The translations under genes were made by a program, and so were the position numbers. 64,000 nucleotides of DNA, taken from Octopus bimaculoides. Taxonomy: Eukaryota. Where the stretch lies: contig NC_068982.1 of the NCBI RefSeq assembly GCF_001194135.2, positions 7,002,245 to 7,066,244 of the forward strand, read 5' to 3'. A model generated the notes under the pieces. That model was not told where the DNA came from. It saw nothing but the letters and a program-made list of their open reading frames with translations, and made no database searches. Below, one piece after another: positions 1 through 12,757 of this stretch. The first letter of the stretch is position 1, and the number at the start of each line of letters is the position of its first letter.

Positions 1-79
1 AGTCACTATGTTTGTGTGTGTATTCACTAATCTCTCTCTGTGTATATATGCGTGTTTGTGTTTGTGTACGTGTTTGTAT

Positions 80-340
80 AATAAAAAAATATTCAGACAA
101 ATACATAACAAAAACACCAGGACTTACAAATATATATAACATACAGAAAATTGCACTACTGGGTACTGCACACATTCTACGCAAAACACTTTCAATACAG
201 TAAACATAAGATCACCACAGCAAACCACAGCACATACCCAAGGCGCATAGAGCTGCGCTCGGTAGTGAAGTGAAAGCACGTTATAAAAATAAAACTACTG
301 AATAATAATAATAATAATAATATTAATAATAATAATAATG
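80..340 (+). mobile_element. 5'-truncated R4/Dong-clade non-LTR retrotransposon: ORF C-terminus, 3'UTR and (AAT)n tail
   Basis: ORF 12..203 ends in ...TPGLTNIYNIQKIALLGTAHILRKTLSIQ*, matching the 'QK.ALLGTA.ILRK.L' C-terminus of R4/Dong proteins. About 95 nt of UTR and then (AAT)n at 300-340 follow. Confidence 0.8.
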
Positions 341-656
341 CTTCTTGAGAGAATCGGGTAAGTAAATGATATGCACCAGGTACGGTTGAGTTAAATTGTG
401 ATCACCACCTTTACTTGAATAAATATCCAGTAAAATATTCAGGTTGTGCACACAGAGATAACCAACCCTACGAGTATTTATCGCCTATATTACTTTGAAA
501 TTATATGCATCATCTGATGAACATTGGTTTATATTTATTTTTTTATTATTATTTTGTTTTGCAACGATATAATGTACTCATTCATCTATTAAAAATGCGT
601 AAGAAACAGCTGTAATGAACTGACATTTATCCATTGTCTGTTATTATTCATTTGCT

Positions 657-690
<34 letters not shown>

Positions 691-1192
691 CAAATATATA
701 TATATATATATATATATATAACACGATTAAATGCAAAAGTTATTTATTTACGTTATTACTTTGATGTTTGCAGAGATATTAATATTGAAATAATGCAAAC
801 TTAGCAGCTAACAATATTTATATATATATATATTCTGCTCACCATGGAGAGTTGCACAGCCCCATCGAATTTTGGAGAGGTGAAGGACAGTAAATCGCTT
901 CCAACGAATACGTCGACTGGCTCATAAGGGAAATATAACATTGGGGATATTGAAACTCATAATGTAAAGGGATGTTGCAAGAACAAAGATGAAACTTACA
1001 CCACATTATGACTATGCTACCATTTTAATAACAGTCGAAAAGATAATAAAAATTACAGCATTTCAATTGAGGATTGTTATAAGTATAGGAAAGAATGAAT
1101 TGAAACAATATGAATGAAAAATACAGAGTCCAATATGCATACATACATATATATATATGTACGTATGAATGTATGTATGTATATTCATTTAT

Positions 1193-1391
1193 TTTTACTT
1201 GTTTCAGTCATTTGACTGCGGTAATGCTGCAGAAACGTCTTAAGTTGAGCAAATCGACCCCAGAACCTATTCTTTGTAAGCCTAGTACTTATTCTATCGG
1301 TATCTTATGCCGAATCGCTAGGTTGTTGGGACATAAACACACCACCATTGGTTGTCAAGCGATGATGGGGGGAACAAACACAGACAGACAG

Positions 1392-1424
<33 letters not shown>

Positions 1425-1655
1425 CACACACACAACACACACACACATACACACACACAAACAAACAAACACGCATAAATATATATACGACAGGCTTCTT
1501 TCAGTTTCCGTCTACCAAATCCACTCACAAGGCTTTTGTCGGCCCGAGGCCATAGTAGAAGGCATTTGGCCAAAGTGCCATGCAGTCAGTGGACTGAACC
1601 CGGAACCATGTGGTTGGTAAGCAAGCTAATTACCACACATCCACTCCTGCACCCA
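1193..1655 (-). mobile_element. tRNA-derived SINE family A, full length, with internal (CA)n microsatellite
   Basis: On the minus strand: a tRNA-like head with a B-box-like GGTTCAGTCCA, then ...gacggaaactgaaagaagcc, a microsatellite, and a 3' half ending ...aatgactgaaacaagtaaaa. Homologous pieces recur at 4564, 6005, 12758, 19291, 48027, 55226 and 62432. Confidence 0.85.
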
Positions 1656-1658
1656 TAT

Positions 1659-1659
<1 letters not shown>

Positions 1660-1711
<52 letters not shown>

Positions 1712-1714
1712 GAG

Positions 1715-1762
<48 letters not shown>

Positions 1763-2458
1763 GTGTACACATACTTACATATGCCTATACAAATATATAC
1801 ATATACGTATGTAAATATATATACGTGTATAGATACATAGTGAGATCTATAGATATATAAAACTAAAATTGCAGCTAACATTTACAAATGTAATGTTTAT
1901 TGTATTATTGATTATTCATCGTTATTACTTGTTTGATATTTTGCGTGTGAAATTGGACAATTATCGATTTCCTCACTGATTATATTTTGCTTTCATAACT
2001 TATTGTTGCCTGAATGCATTGCCATTTCAGATAAAGTACATAGCAAACTCGCAACAATAAATTACCAGACGTACACCAATACACACACACACACACACAT
2101 ACATGTGTAAACACATACACACATGCACACGTAGATATGTATATGTATATATGAATAAATATGTACATATATGCATATAGATATGAGCATATATAAATAT
2201 ATGTTGGTGTATATATACATATATGTATATATATATATAACATATATGTATATTACATCTATATATATATATGTCGATATATAAATATATATACATATAT
2301 ATATATTACATATATATTACATATATATATATAAATGCATATAGATATACGCTTATAAATATGATAAATATATATGGTATATTCGTATATAAGTATATAC
2401 GTATATATGTATATGTATGTATACACACATGCATGTATATACATACATATATATATAT

Positions 2459-2495
<37 letters not shown>

Positions 2496-2503
2496 CATAT
2501 ATA

Positions 2504-2547
<44 letters not shown>

Positions 2548-2600
2548 ACATGCAAGCATACACATGGGCAATGGCACACATATATATGAGTGTGTATATA
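1660..2600. repeat. Compound microsatellite field: (GATA)n, (GT)n, (TA)n, (CA)n
   Basis: Visible in the sequence; accounts for the YI/HT/CV-repeat ORFs. Confidence 0.95.
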
Positions 2601-2746
2601 GTTAATTAGATACTTAGAGATACAAAACCTAGATCTTAATATTCTGAAAAATTTTGTTCAGTATGCATTTTATCAGAATCATCAAGAATCAACATAAATT
2701 CTTTTATTCGGAGTTTTGTAATTAATGATTTTCTTACAGAATTACA

Positions 2747-2863
2747 TGTAAGTAAATAAGGCAATTAAATAATGTAAGTAAATAAGGCAATTAAATAATG
2801 TAAGTAAATAAGGGAATTAAATAATGTAAGTAAATAAGGCAATTAAATAATGTAAGTAAATAA
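2747..2863 (+). repeat. 26-bp minisatellite (tgtaagtaaataaggcaattaaataa) x4.5
   Basis: Four near-perfect tandem units with one substitution, plus a partial unit. Confidence 0.95.
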
Positions 2864-3199
2864 AGTTTTGGTTACGCTTATTATTTAACTTTCTTTCTAG
2901 ATACAGCATATATTTTGTGACAGAGTGTTTGACAGCCTTTAATAACCATACTATTAATCATCGGCGACCGATGATTAATAGTGTATATCTGTAATGGAAC
3001 AATTAATTTCAAACAGACCTGGGCACATTTTTCTGATTAATTTCGGATACTTAAGCGAACAGTGAATTGTCTTAGCTTCATTTTGATATTCACTGCTTGA
3101 AAAGGCTTTCAAATACATAACTGTAAGGTAGGTTTATTTAACTTATGTATATTTCTGCTATTCTGAATTATGCTGCCATGTATGCACATATACATATAG

Positions 3200-3261
<62 letters not shown>

Positions 3262-3392
3262 NNNNNNNNNNNNNNNNNNNNNNNNNNNNNNNNNNNNNNN
3301 NNNNNNNNNNNNNNNNNNNNNNNNNNNNNNNNNNNNNNNNNNNNNNNNNNNNNNNNNNNNNNNNNNNNNNAGATAGATAGATAAATAGATAG

Positions 3393-3435
<43 letters not shown>

Positions 3436-3545
3436 TACAAACATATATACATACACAGATGCACATACATACGTAAATACATACATACATACATACATAC
3501 ATACATACAAACATACAAACATACAAACATACATACACATACACA
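3200..3545. repeat. (GA)n / (GATA)n / (TACA)n microsatellites around assembly gap 3262-3370
   Basis: Visible in the sequence. Confidence 0.95.
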
Positions 3546-3884
3546 CAGTGTCGGACTGGCCAGGTTGCCAACTTGCCCGATAACAAGTGGGCCCCTGCAG
3601 CATTGGAATCCATATATGGGGGCCCATGTTAGTATCTAAGGGGCCCATCTCCTCAAGTTTGAGAATTATTTATTCACTTCTGGAAGAATGCATCAATCTT
3701 TTCAGCCTGGGTGTGTTTGTAGATAGTTGAAAAAAATACATTTAACAAAATAAATATATAAATAAATGATAGCATTGTAGTTGTGGATGAGCCCCCTTGT
3801 GGTTGCGTGTGGGCCCCCTTATAATTCCGGGTGGGCCCCCTTAGTCTCCGGGCAACCAATATTTTTAGAACCAATCTGCCACTG
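3546..3884. mobile_element. hAT-like MITE
   Basis: Imperfect TIRs CAGTGTCGGACTGG and revcomp CAGTGGCAGATTGG, with several subterminal GGGCCC motifs at both ends. No clear 8-bp TSD because it sits in (TACA)n. Confidence 0.55.
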
Positions 3885-4563
3885 TACATATTACATACAT
3901 ACATACGTACATACATACATACATACATACATACATAAATAAATACATACATACATATAAAATGTAGTTTTCATGAGACATTATCTGATATATATACATC
4001 TTTTCAATTATATTTTCTTAAAGTATAACAATGAAAGTTATAAAAACTTAATCCTAAAGTTGATGATCGGAACTTTTACCTAATATTTTAATATTTCAGG
4101 TTTAGGGCACTCCAGGAAACCAATGGATAAACTATATTGGTAGCGAACGTCGGTGCTCTGTAACGTCTGTGTCCAGAGCAGCGATATCAGCTAGCAGAAC
4201 TTTTTCTACGTTAATTTTCTAAGGAAAGCATTAAAAACAAGAAATATCGACATACTAGGTGGAAGAACAAATCATTGACCTGCACAATGAATGTTTTATA
4301 CTTTGATTTGCTTTGGTTTTCAAAACATATTTAAAAAAACTTTTACATAAGCATGTATACATACATATGCATTCATGCGAATATATATATTGGTAAGATG
4401 GCCTTTTACATCCTCGTTTTCCTCGAATTCACCAGTGTGTTTATAAGTGATTTACTGTGGTTGTTGAAACACCTATTTCTAGCAAAGCTGTGTACTGACT
4501 TGTATCCTAATTGTAAATTAGTAATTTTACCTCACGCTCACACACACAAATCCCCTATATATA

Positions 4564-4708
4564 TGCGCAGGAGTAGCTCGCTTACCAACCACATGGTTCC
4601 GGGTTGTCCCACTGCGTAGTACCTTGGTCACGTATCTTCTACTATAGCCTCGGGTCGACCAAAGGCTTGTGAGTGGATTTGGTATACGGAAGCTGAAAGA
4701 AGTCCGTC

Positions 4709-4710
<2 letters not shown>
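4564..4710 (+). mobile_element. SINE family A, 5' half, followed by (TA)n and gap 4747-4962
   Basis: gcgcaggagt...catggttccggg...gcctcgggtcgaccaaaggcttgtgagtggatttgg matches the reverse complement of 1480-1655. Confidence 0.8.
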
Positions 4711-4746
<36 letters not shown>

Positions 4747-5317
4747 NNNNNNNNNNNNNNNNNNNNNNNNNNNNNNNNNNNNNNNNNNNNNNNNNNNNNN
4801 NNNNNNNNNNNNNNNNNNNNNNNNNNNNNNNNNNNNNNNNNNNNNNNNNNNNNNNNNNNNNNNNNNNNNNNNNNNNNNNNNNNNNNNNNNNNNNNNNNNN
4901 NNNNNNNNNNNNNNNNNNNNNNNNNNNNNNNNNNNNNNNNNNNNNNNNNNNNNNNNNNNNNNATATATATGCATACATACATACGTACAAATACAGATAT
5001 ATACATTTATATAAGCAGGCAACCACGGTTTCATGTATCATATAAGAATTGTTTATAGTCTTAAAACCAATAGAAAACTAGCTTCAAATATTCTTGAAAC
5101 ACAATGAATAGATAAAAGACGTGTTAATACATAGCGGAAATGAGGAAAAAGTATGATTATGTTGATTGAATTACAAAAACGATAAAAGTAGATCAAAGGC
5201 CATAAATTACTTTAAATTATAATTGGTTACATCTCTTCTTATTGCAATGTGTGATAGAATTTTCCAATATAAACGTTAAACAAAATATGAAATGAAGTGA
5301 TTTACAGTCGTGGATAT

Positions 5318-5530
5318 TGTTTTCTACTCTAGGCACAAGACCCGAAGTTTTTGGGGAGGGGGCCAGTTGATTTGATCGATCTCAGTACGCAAATGGTACT
5401 TAATTTATCGACCCTGAAAGATGAAAGGCAAAGTCGACCTCGCTGGAATTTGAACTCAGAACGTAAAGACTAACGGAATACCGCTAAGCATTTCATCCGG
5501 CGTGCTAACGTTTCTGCCAGCTCGCCGCCT
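5318..5530 (-). mobile_element. tRNA-derived SINE family B (tail ...tgtgcctagagtagaaaa)
   Basis: Minus strand reads ggcggcgagctggcagaaacgttagcacgccgg...GAGTTCAAATTCC (B box)...gtcgactttgcctttcatc. Many homologous copies occur in the window. Confidence 0.85.
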
Positions 5531-5544
5531 GTAATTTAATCCAT

Positions 5545-5760
5545 ATTCTTTTCTTCTCTAGGCACAGGTCCGAAATTTTTGGTGAAAGGGCCAGTCGATC
5601 AGATCGACCCCACTACGCAACTGATACTTAATTCATCGACCCCCAAAAGGATAAAAAGCAAAGTCGACCTCGGCGGAATTTGATCTCAGAATGTTATGAC
5701 GGACGGAATACCGCTAGGCATTCCACCAGGTGTGCTAACCTTTCTGCCAGCTCGCTGCCT
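5545..5760 (-). mobile_element. SINE family B, tandem with the previous copy
   Basis: Same consensus, about 15 bp from the preceding copy. Confidence 0.85.
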
Positions 5761-6004
5761 TGCAGTCGCAGATATTGTCTGCACGTAATGACCCACATAC
5801 TCACAGATAGTTTGTCGAAGCTAAGAAAGCAATGTAATTATAAATATCGATTAAAATCATATTATATTTGGTGGCACTTATGGGAGGAGTGAAAGAACAC
5901 ATAATGTTATCATCAAAACACAAAGGCCATAGAAGAGTACAAAGGTGTCTAAAAAGTGTTAGAAAAGGGAGAAGATTGAAAATAAAAATAAAAATATCAG
6001 TTAT

Positions 6005-6200
6005 CATTGACTTGTTTCAGTCATTTATGGGGCACCGCCATCAAGGCTTTAGTCAAACAAATCGACCGCAGTTCTTAATTTCATGCTTTGTACTTTTGCT
6101 GTCGGTTCTTATACTGAATTGCTAGGTTACGGGGACATAATGAAACCAGCAAAGGTTGTTAAGCGGTGTTGGGAAACAAACACAAACAAAAATACACAGA
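6005..6200 (-). mobile_element. SINE family A, degenerate 3' half
   Basis: acttgtttcagtcattt...ggttacggggacat... is homologous to 1193-1390. Confidence 0.7.
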
Positions 6201-6224
6201 TAGACACATGCATACACACATCTA

Positions 6225-6286
<62 letters not shown>

Positions 6287-6742
6287 NNNNNNNNNNNNNN
6301 NNNNNNNNNNNNNNNNNNNNNNNNNNNNNNNNNNNNNNNNNNNNNNNNNNNNNNNNNNNNNNNNNNNNNNNNNNNNNNNNNNNNNNNNNNNNNNNNNNNN
6401 NNNNNNNNNNNNNNNNNNNNNNNNNNNNNNNNNNNNNNNNNNNNNNNNNNNNNNNNNNNNNNNNNNNNNNNNNNNNNNNNNNNNNNNNNNNNNNNNNNNN
6501 NNNNNNNNNNNNNNNNNNNNNNNNNNNNNNNNNNNNNNNNNNNNNNNNNNNNNNNNNNNNNNNNNNNNNNNNNNNNNNNNNNNNNNNNNNNNNNNNNNNN
6601 NNNNNNNNNNNNNNNNNNNNNNNNNNNNNNNNNNNNNNNNNNNNNNNNNNNNNNNNNNNNNNNNNNNNNNNNNNNNNNNNNNNNNNNNNNNNNNNNNNNN
6701 NNNNNNNNNNNNNNNNNNNNNNNNNNNNNNNNNNNNNNNNNN

Positions 6743-6802
<60 letters not shown>

Positions 6803-7869
6803 CGTATGCATGTAAAGTATACACACACACATACATATATGTATATGAGGGTGTCAGAGATAAATAAAATAGTAATGACTCATGCGTTCAGGGCTATTGG
6901 AATTAGGATAGCATTCAATATGGAGTTTTAACAAGCTTCATTCACATCATATCGCATAATTAGATTGTCCACAAATTTGCATTAGCTTATGAAAACCGCA
7001 TCCTTGCTGTCAAATATCTAAATTATATTATCCACTATATAGACCAGAATTTTGACGCAGCTCCATCAGAACATATGACTAGAAACAAACTATATATCAT
7101 GTACTTTAGTTTCGGGTCATTTGTCGATATAGTTTTATTATAAAACTTTGCAAGCAGCAAGACTCAAGAACGAGATTAATTTAATTTCATATAAAATGTG
7201 CTGATACTGAAGTGTGTCAAAAAGCAAATAATCGTTATTTTTTTTTTTACATTTGTTTACTCATGAAACTAGTTAGCAGTTTGCTATTGAGCACAAATAT
7301 AGTCGAGACACTAGTTTTTATTTACTATACAAGTGGTGTGTTTAGAAATATTTTCCTTGTTGATGACTATCACTTCAATTCGTGATGGATATTTTAATAA
7401 TTCCTTGCTCAACAGCTAAATGTTAACTTGTGATCTGACAACCGATTCATAACCTTATTCATAATTATCTTAATTGGTGCAGTTCACACCTAAAATATTA
7501 CAAGAACATTGAAGTGGTAGTTAAACAGATTTGCGTCTGTGCTGATTACCACACTTTTAACTGAATGTTTCCGAACTGTATATCTTGTCTCGTGTTTCCG
7601 TCTGCTTTCAGATGTCTTCTTAAACTAGATAACACGCTCATGTTGTTCATTTGCGTCTTTTCAACAACTCCCTACGATATGCAAACAGAAAAGTAACCGA
7701 GATCAAATGAATAATTTATGTTTCAGGTAAAATGGGAAAACCGATGTTTACAAATGCCCAAAATAAAATTTTTAAATGTAACATTATGGTAGCCAAGCTA
7801 TCGATATCAATCATCTCGTAACTGTAAGATGAAATATACCGTCCACCATTTTATTCTTTTAATTATTAT

Positions 7870-7955
<86 letters not shown>

Positions 7956-8639
7956 TCTCTTTCTCCCTATTATGTTTATTTCTACTTATGGATGAAGGTT
8001 GCACATTTCCTGTTACCAAGCATAATGAACGTGTTAAACAAAATATGCCTCCGCGTCTGTATTCGTTTACGGCTCAAGATAGAATCGCCATATTGCTTGT
8101 TCTTAGTTCTTATTTTGTAAGGTACTTTTGAATCAATGTTTAGCCTGATCAAACAGAAAACTTTCTTCATATCATTTCACTGGCACATGTATCTTTAAGA
8201 ATGAACACAAAAATGAATCCTGACGAATGCACAAAAATAATATCAAAAATGTTGCTATAGAAAACGACGTTAACCTATATTGACGATTGATATTCAGCTT
8301 AGAGTGCAATGACATTATGCAACTTGTAATCTAATCTTAATCCTAAATTGAGTAACATTCTCTTGTATTTCAGCCTTATTTTGATAATCGTTGCATATTA
8401 ACTTTTCACTTCTCTGACTTTTCTTTCATTTAGTAAATATTATTTGTGAATATGCTCGGAGACAGATTAAGGAATTCTAAATATACTCCTGTCAGCGCAG
8501 AAATTTTAATGTCATATTTTCATACTATTTTTGGGAAATAATGGAAATTCATATAATATTACCCAAGCGTATTAAGGGACTGATTAGGGGTTGAGAGTAT
8601 TTTGAAATTTCGGATCAGATTGTCCCTTTCATACACAGA

Positions 8640-9960
8640 GCAAACGTAGGTATGTATATATTGAGATAAAAAATTTAATCTTCCTTTCCAATAATTACAT
8701 ATTGTCATAAGTTTTGGTGAAAAAGAAATTCAGTGAATCCACGTTCGTTGAAGGAAGTACTCGTTGTTGTGCAGAGTGTATGAGTGACGGTGTCAAAAAT
8801 TCAGATTTGAAAGCTGGAAAAGAAGGCTGTCTGGGTAAAGCTTGCGTGTGGCCTGTTAGATCAGCAGAGATTCCTGAAGCGATAGAAAAGTATGGAGGGG
8901 AGAGTATGTGTCTGTAACGAAGAAGAGAAAGTGAGTCCGTGAGCGACTTAATACTAAGTAGTTTGGTAGTATTTATGAGGGGGGTTTGTTTTGGAGTGTT
9001 AGTGTAAGAACAGCATTTCCACAACTGTCAGAGCAGTACTCCATTGTGTGTCCCATTTTAACTTTGTAGGGCTTTAAAAATGAGACAGAGCTGAATATTT
9101 TCTATCTGAAGAGGAAAACTAGTTTGTGTGATGTGGGATACGACCGCCATAACGAAGCATAGCGAATGCAATGATGCTAAGAGTTTCATTGGTCTACTAC
9201 TCACAATTAGGTGTTACATTATCGCTTTTTTTCTCATGTGTGTATTGTAATGTTGGAGGAAGATTATTGGTTTAACCCTATTGGAATCCTTTTTCGATGT
9301 CTTTGATCATGGAATTAGTACAAATTAGACATGAAGCGTGTCTAGGCTGCACGTGGATGAAGCTCCCCCCTTTTAATATAAAGGATGAATGATGGTCGGC
9401 AAAGGTGATTTGTTTTCTTTTGCCTTTAACTCGTCGGTGTATTAAATGTTGTGTATAAAGGAAAAAAACCGAATCTTGAGGCACACTGATCGTGTGTGAT
9501 TCGGAAGGACTTCGATCCGCACACGCCGCAATAGTACGATTTATTAGGAAGCTCCTAATGTTACAGACCAGAGATGGATAAAGTCTATTGTTGGCAGTTT
9601 TGCTAGTACATGAGCGGGACATAATCTTTACTATTTCAGCCGCCACAGCACTAGTTTTATTGGTCTTCGTTGTAATGACATAGACGGATAGGCCTCTATG
9701 AGGTAGATGACATAGATGGCATAGATGATATAGATGAGTGATGACAGAGATGGGATGCTTCTTGAGGTGGTAGGTCTCAAGAAGATTTGGTGTTATGAAG
9801 GTTGCTTTACTAAAATCCTTAAGGAGGAAGAAATAGTCACGTTCATGACGAGATTTGTTGATAATTGCAGTTTCCTTCACGTTTGAAATGTTAGGAGTGC
9901 ATTGAGAGGTATTAAAGTTCGTGTTCGTCCTTCTAAGGTAGCCAGCATAAAGTGGCATGC
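8640..9960 (-). pseudogene. Decayed LINE (CR1/L2-like) ORF2 APE endonuclease region
   Basis: ORF 9278..9958 contains LVCNIRS (like the APE N-terminal motif) and a KGG motif with plausible spacing. Downstream frames are broken by stops and frameshifts. Recognised by eye only. Confidence 0.4.
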
Positions 9961-9973
9961 TTTACATAGAATG

Positions 9974-10014
<41 letters not shown>

Positions 10015-10823
10015 TANNNNNNNNNNTATATATATATATATACATACAGAGAGAGAGAGAGAGAGAGAGAATTAAAAAGGAGAAAATATGGAGAGTTTGG
10101 TGAGGATAAAACCTAACAATGGGTGCATTCTTTGGTAGTAACGGATAGTAGTGGCGTGGCATGGTCAGCGTCTAATTTGTTTGAAAGGAAAGAAGATGCG
10201 TTTGTGGCTGGTGTGTTTGTGAACGTGAGGGCGAGTGTGATCGAGAGGACATACTGTTGCAGCTGAGTGCATCAAAGAGTTCATACACATTCATAAATAA
10301 CGATCTGCAAAATATCAACGTTGCATTCACAACAATAAATTTTTGTCCGTTATGTTTTATGCAATAAACCTTTGTGCAATTCTACAGAGAAACAAAGAAA
10401 GAAAGGCCACTGTATTTTTCAACCAATATGTCTCTCTGTTTCTCTCTCTCTCTCTCAGGCACACATTTGAATATTTTGGCGAGCGTAATTATTTTATTGA
10501 TTAATTAGATTTTGAAAGTCATGTTTACAATATTATCGGTGGAAGTATTGGATACTACGCTCTCAGGTATATTACACCCCACAAGAGGAGATAGTCAAGG
10601 CTGAAATACCTTTAGACATAGATTGAAACGATCAAAGTTGTCGTAGTTCAATTAAAACAGCATAAAGTATAGTGCACCCCTCCCCCCCACACACACATAT
10701 TGTTGTAATGCGGGATGGTCATCTTATTTATTACTATTTTTCTTAGTTTTTTTCCAAATAAACACACGTACTATATATTCTTTTTCTTCTTCACTCGCTT
10801 ATTACTGTTATTTTATTATTTTA

Positions 10824-11039
10824 ATGCCTGTCCATCGTCCACAATCCCCAGATCACAATATTATTGAACATTTATGGTGCATTTTAGAAAAACAAGTAAA
10901 CAGTCGATATCCTACACCATCATCACCACAAGAACTGGAGACTGTTTTAGCTAAAGAACGGACAAAGGCAGTCCTACCCCATATTAAAATAAATTTGTTT
11001 GAAATTTGAAGGTGTTTCCATTATTTTGTCCAACCCCTG
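10824..11039 (+). mobile_element. Tc1-family transposon 3' fragment (transposase C-terminus and right TIR)
   Basis: PQSPDHNIIEHLWCILEKQV..RYPTPSSPQELETVL is a Tc1 SPDLN-IE-LW motif. Ends in ...ttccattattttgtccaacccctg followed by TA. Confidence 0.85.
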
Positions 11040-11080
11040 TATATTAATATTTGTTTTATGTCTTGTTCTATATAAAAACA

Positions 11081-11463
11081 CGTGGAGGCGCAATGGCCCA
11101 ATGGTTAGGGCAGCGGACTCGCGGTCATAGGATCGCGGTTTCGATTCCCAGACCGGGCTTTGTGAGTGTTTATTGAGCGAAAACATCTAAAAGCTCCACG
11201 AGGCTCCGGCAGGGAATGGTAGCGAACCCTGCTGTACTCATCCACCACAACTTTCTCTCACTCTTACTTCCTGTTTCTGTTGTGCCTGTAACTCAAAGGG
11301 TCAGCCTTGTCACACTGTGTCATGCTGAATATCCCCGAGAACTACGTTAAGGGTACACGTGTCTGTGGAGTGCTCAGCCACTTGCACGTTAATTTCACGA
11401 GCAGGCTGTTTCGTTGATCGGATCAACTGGAACCCTCGACGTCGTAAGCGACGGAGTGCCTTC
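11081..11463 (+). mobile_element. tRNA-derived SINE family C, full length with 11-bp TSD
   Basis: A box TGGCCCAATGG, B box GGTTTCGATTCC, 3' tail ...cgtcgtaagcgacggagtgcc. The direct repeat atataaaaaca lies at 11070-11080 and 11464-11474. Confidence 0.9.
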
Positions 11464-12214
11464 ATATAAAAACAATTTAACATGAAACTGAAGCATTACT
11501 CCATATTATTTAGGAAACACATATATACATTTTAATTTTCAAGAACAAAAATAGATGACAATTAATTCAAAGCTTCGGAAACTTCAGCTTCATGTGATTT
11601 TGAAAGCCAAAACTTCGAAGACACTGTCTTTATACGTAATGTGCGTTTATGTGTGCATGTATGTGAGTGTATGTGTGCGTGCGTGCGTGTGTATGTGTGT
11701 GTGTAAGATATGTTTGAATAGGCATAAACATACGCTAATATCTTCTCCGAACAAAGAAGGAGAACAATGTAAGTGATTCAAAATTTACTCATCGTATAAT
11801 CCATTTAGAAATCTATTTTGAGTATAGCATACTTACAAGTAAAATAATTCAATTGGGAAATATGTAATACAAATCCCAGTCGTTCCCGCTTTCATTTTTA
11901 TCGATTCTTTTTAGTTCAGACTGGAAATATAAACAGTTGAAAAATGCTAATGAAGAGTAGCTAATTTTAGTGAATTGTTTATTCAAAACTATTAAATTCA
12001 TTAATTCCATGCGTTTCCCTTCGATCTTTTCAACTATATTTTCGAGTCTCACATTACCCTCGAGTATATTTCTTTATCCGTTATTTCTCTTCAACATGTC
12101 ATTTACTGCTGTTAATCTTTCAATGTTTAAGAAAGGAAACAAAACTGAATAGGAAATCTAGTATTTTGCGGAACCTGTAACCATATTTGTAATAATAATA
12201 ATAATGTTAGTCCA

Positions 12215-12648
12215 AACGCGGCGAGCTGGCAGAAGCGTTAGCACGCCGGGCTAAATGCTTCGTGGTATTTCGTCTGCCGTTACGTTCTGAGTTCAAATTC
12301 CGCCGAGATTCACTGTGCCTTTCATCCTTTCAGGGTCAATAAATTAAGTACCAGTTACGCACTGAGATCGATGTAATCGTCTTCATCCCTTTGCCTGTTC
12401 TTGTTTGTCTCCTCTATGTTTAGCCCCTTGTGGGCAATAAAGAAATAAACGCTAGAACGCCGGGCGAAATGCTTCGCGTTATTTCGTCTGTCTTTACTTT
12501 CTGAGTTCAAATTCCACCGACGTCGACTTTCTTTTTCATCCTTTTCGGGGATCAATAAATTAAGTACCAGTTGCATACTGGGTCAATTTAATCGATTGGC
12601 CTCCTCCCCAAAATTTTCGGGCTTTGTGCCTAGAGTAGACAAGAATAA
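12215..12648 (+). mobile_element. SINE family B dimer: long-tail subfamily followed by a 5'-truncated short-tail subfamily copy
   Basis: The first unit ends ...gccccttgtgggcaataaagaaataa (~12450). The second starts mid-head and ends ...gtgcctagagtagacaagaat. Confidence 0.85.
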
Positions 12649-12757
12649 TGTTGGTTCAATTCAGCGCGGTAGCTCGAGAAAACAAGAAATGTCAATGATT
12701 TTCTTATTCTCCTCTGCATAAATGATTTATGTCAGGTTTAAAAAGATTTTTTTTTAT

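Noticed and set aside
1110-2609. Many 60-120 aa ORFs ([12 protein letters not shown] repeats)
   Set aside because: They are translations of dinucleotide microsatellites; the same applies at 38.6, 43.1, 46.4 and 52.5 kb.
2747-2863. 26-bp repeats as a CRISPR-like array
   Set aside because: The units are directly adjacent with no spacers, the context is eukaryotic, and there are no cas genes.
11084-11160. tRNA-like sequence with A and B boxes
   Set aside because: It continues into a multicopy SINE body with a TSD and has no proper acceptor stem, so it is a SINE head and not a tRNA gene. The same holds for the other family heads.
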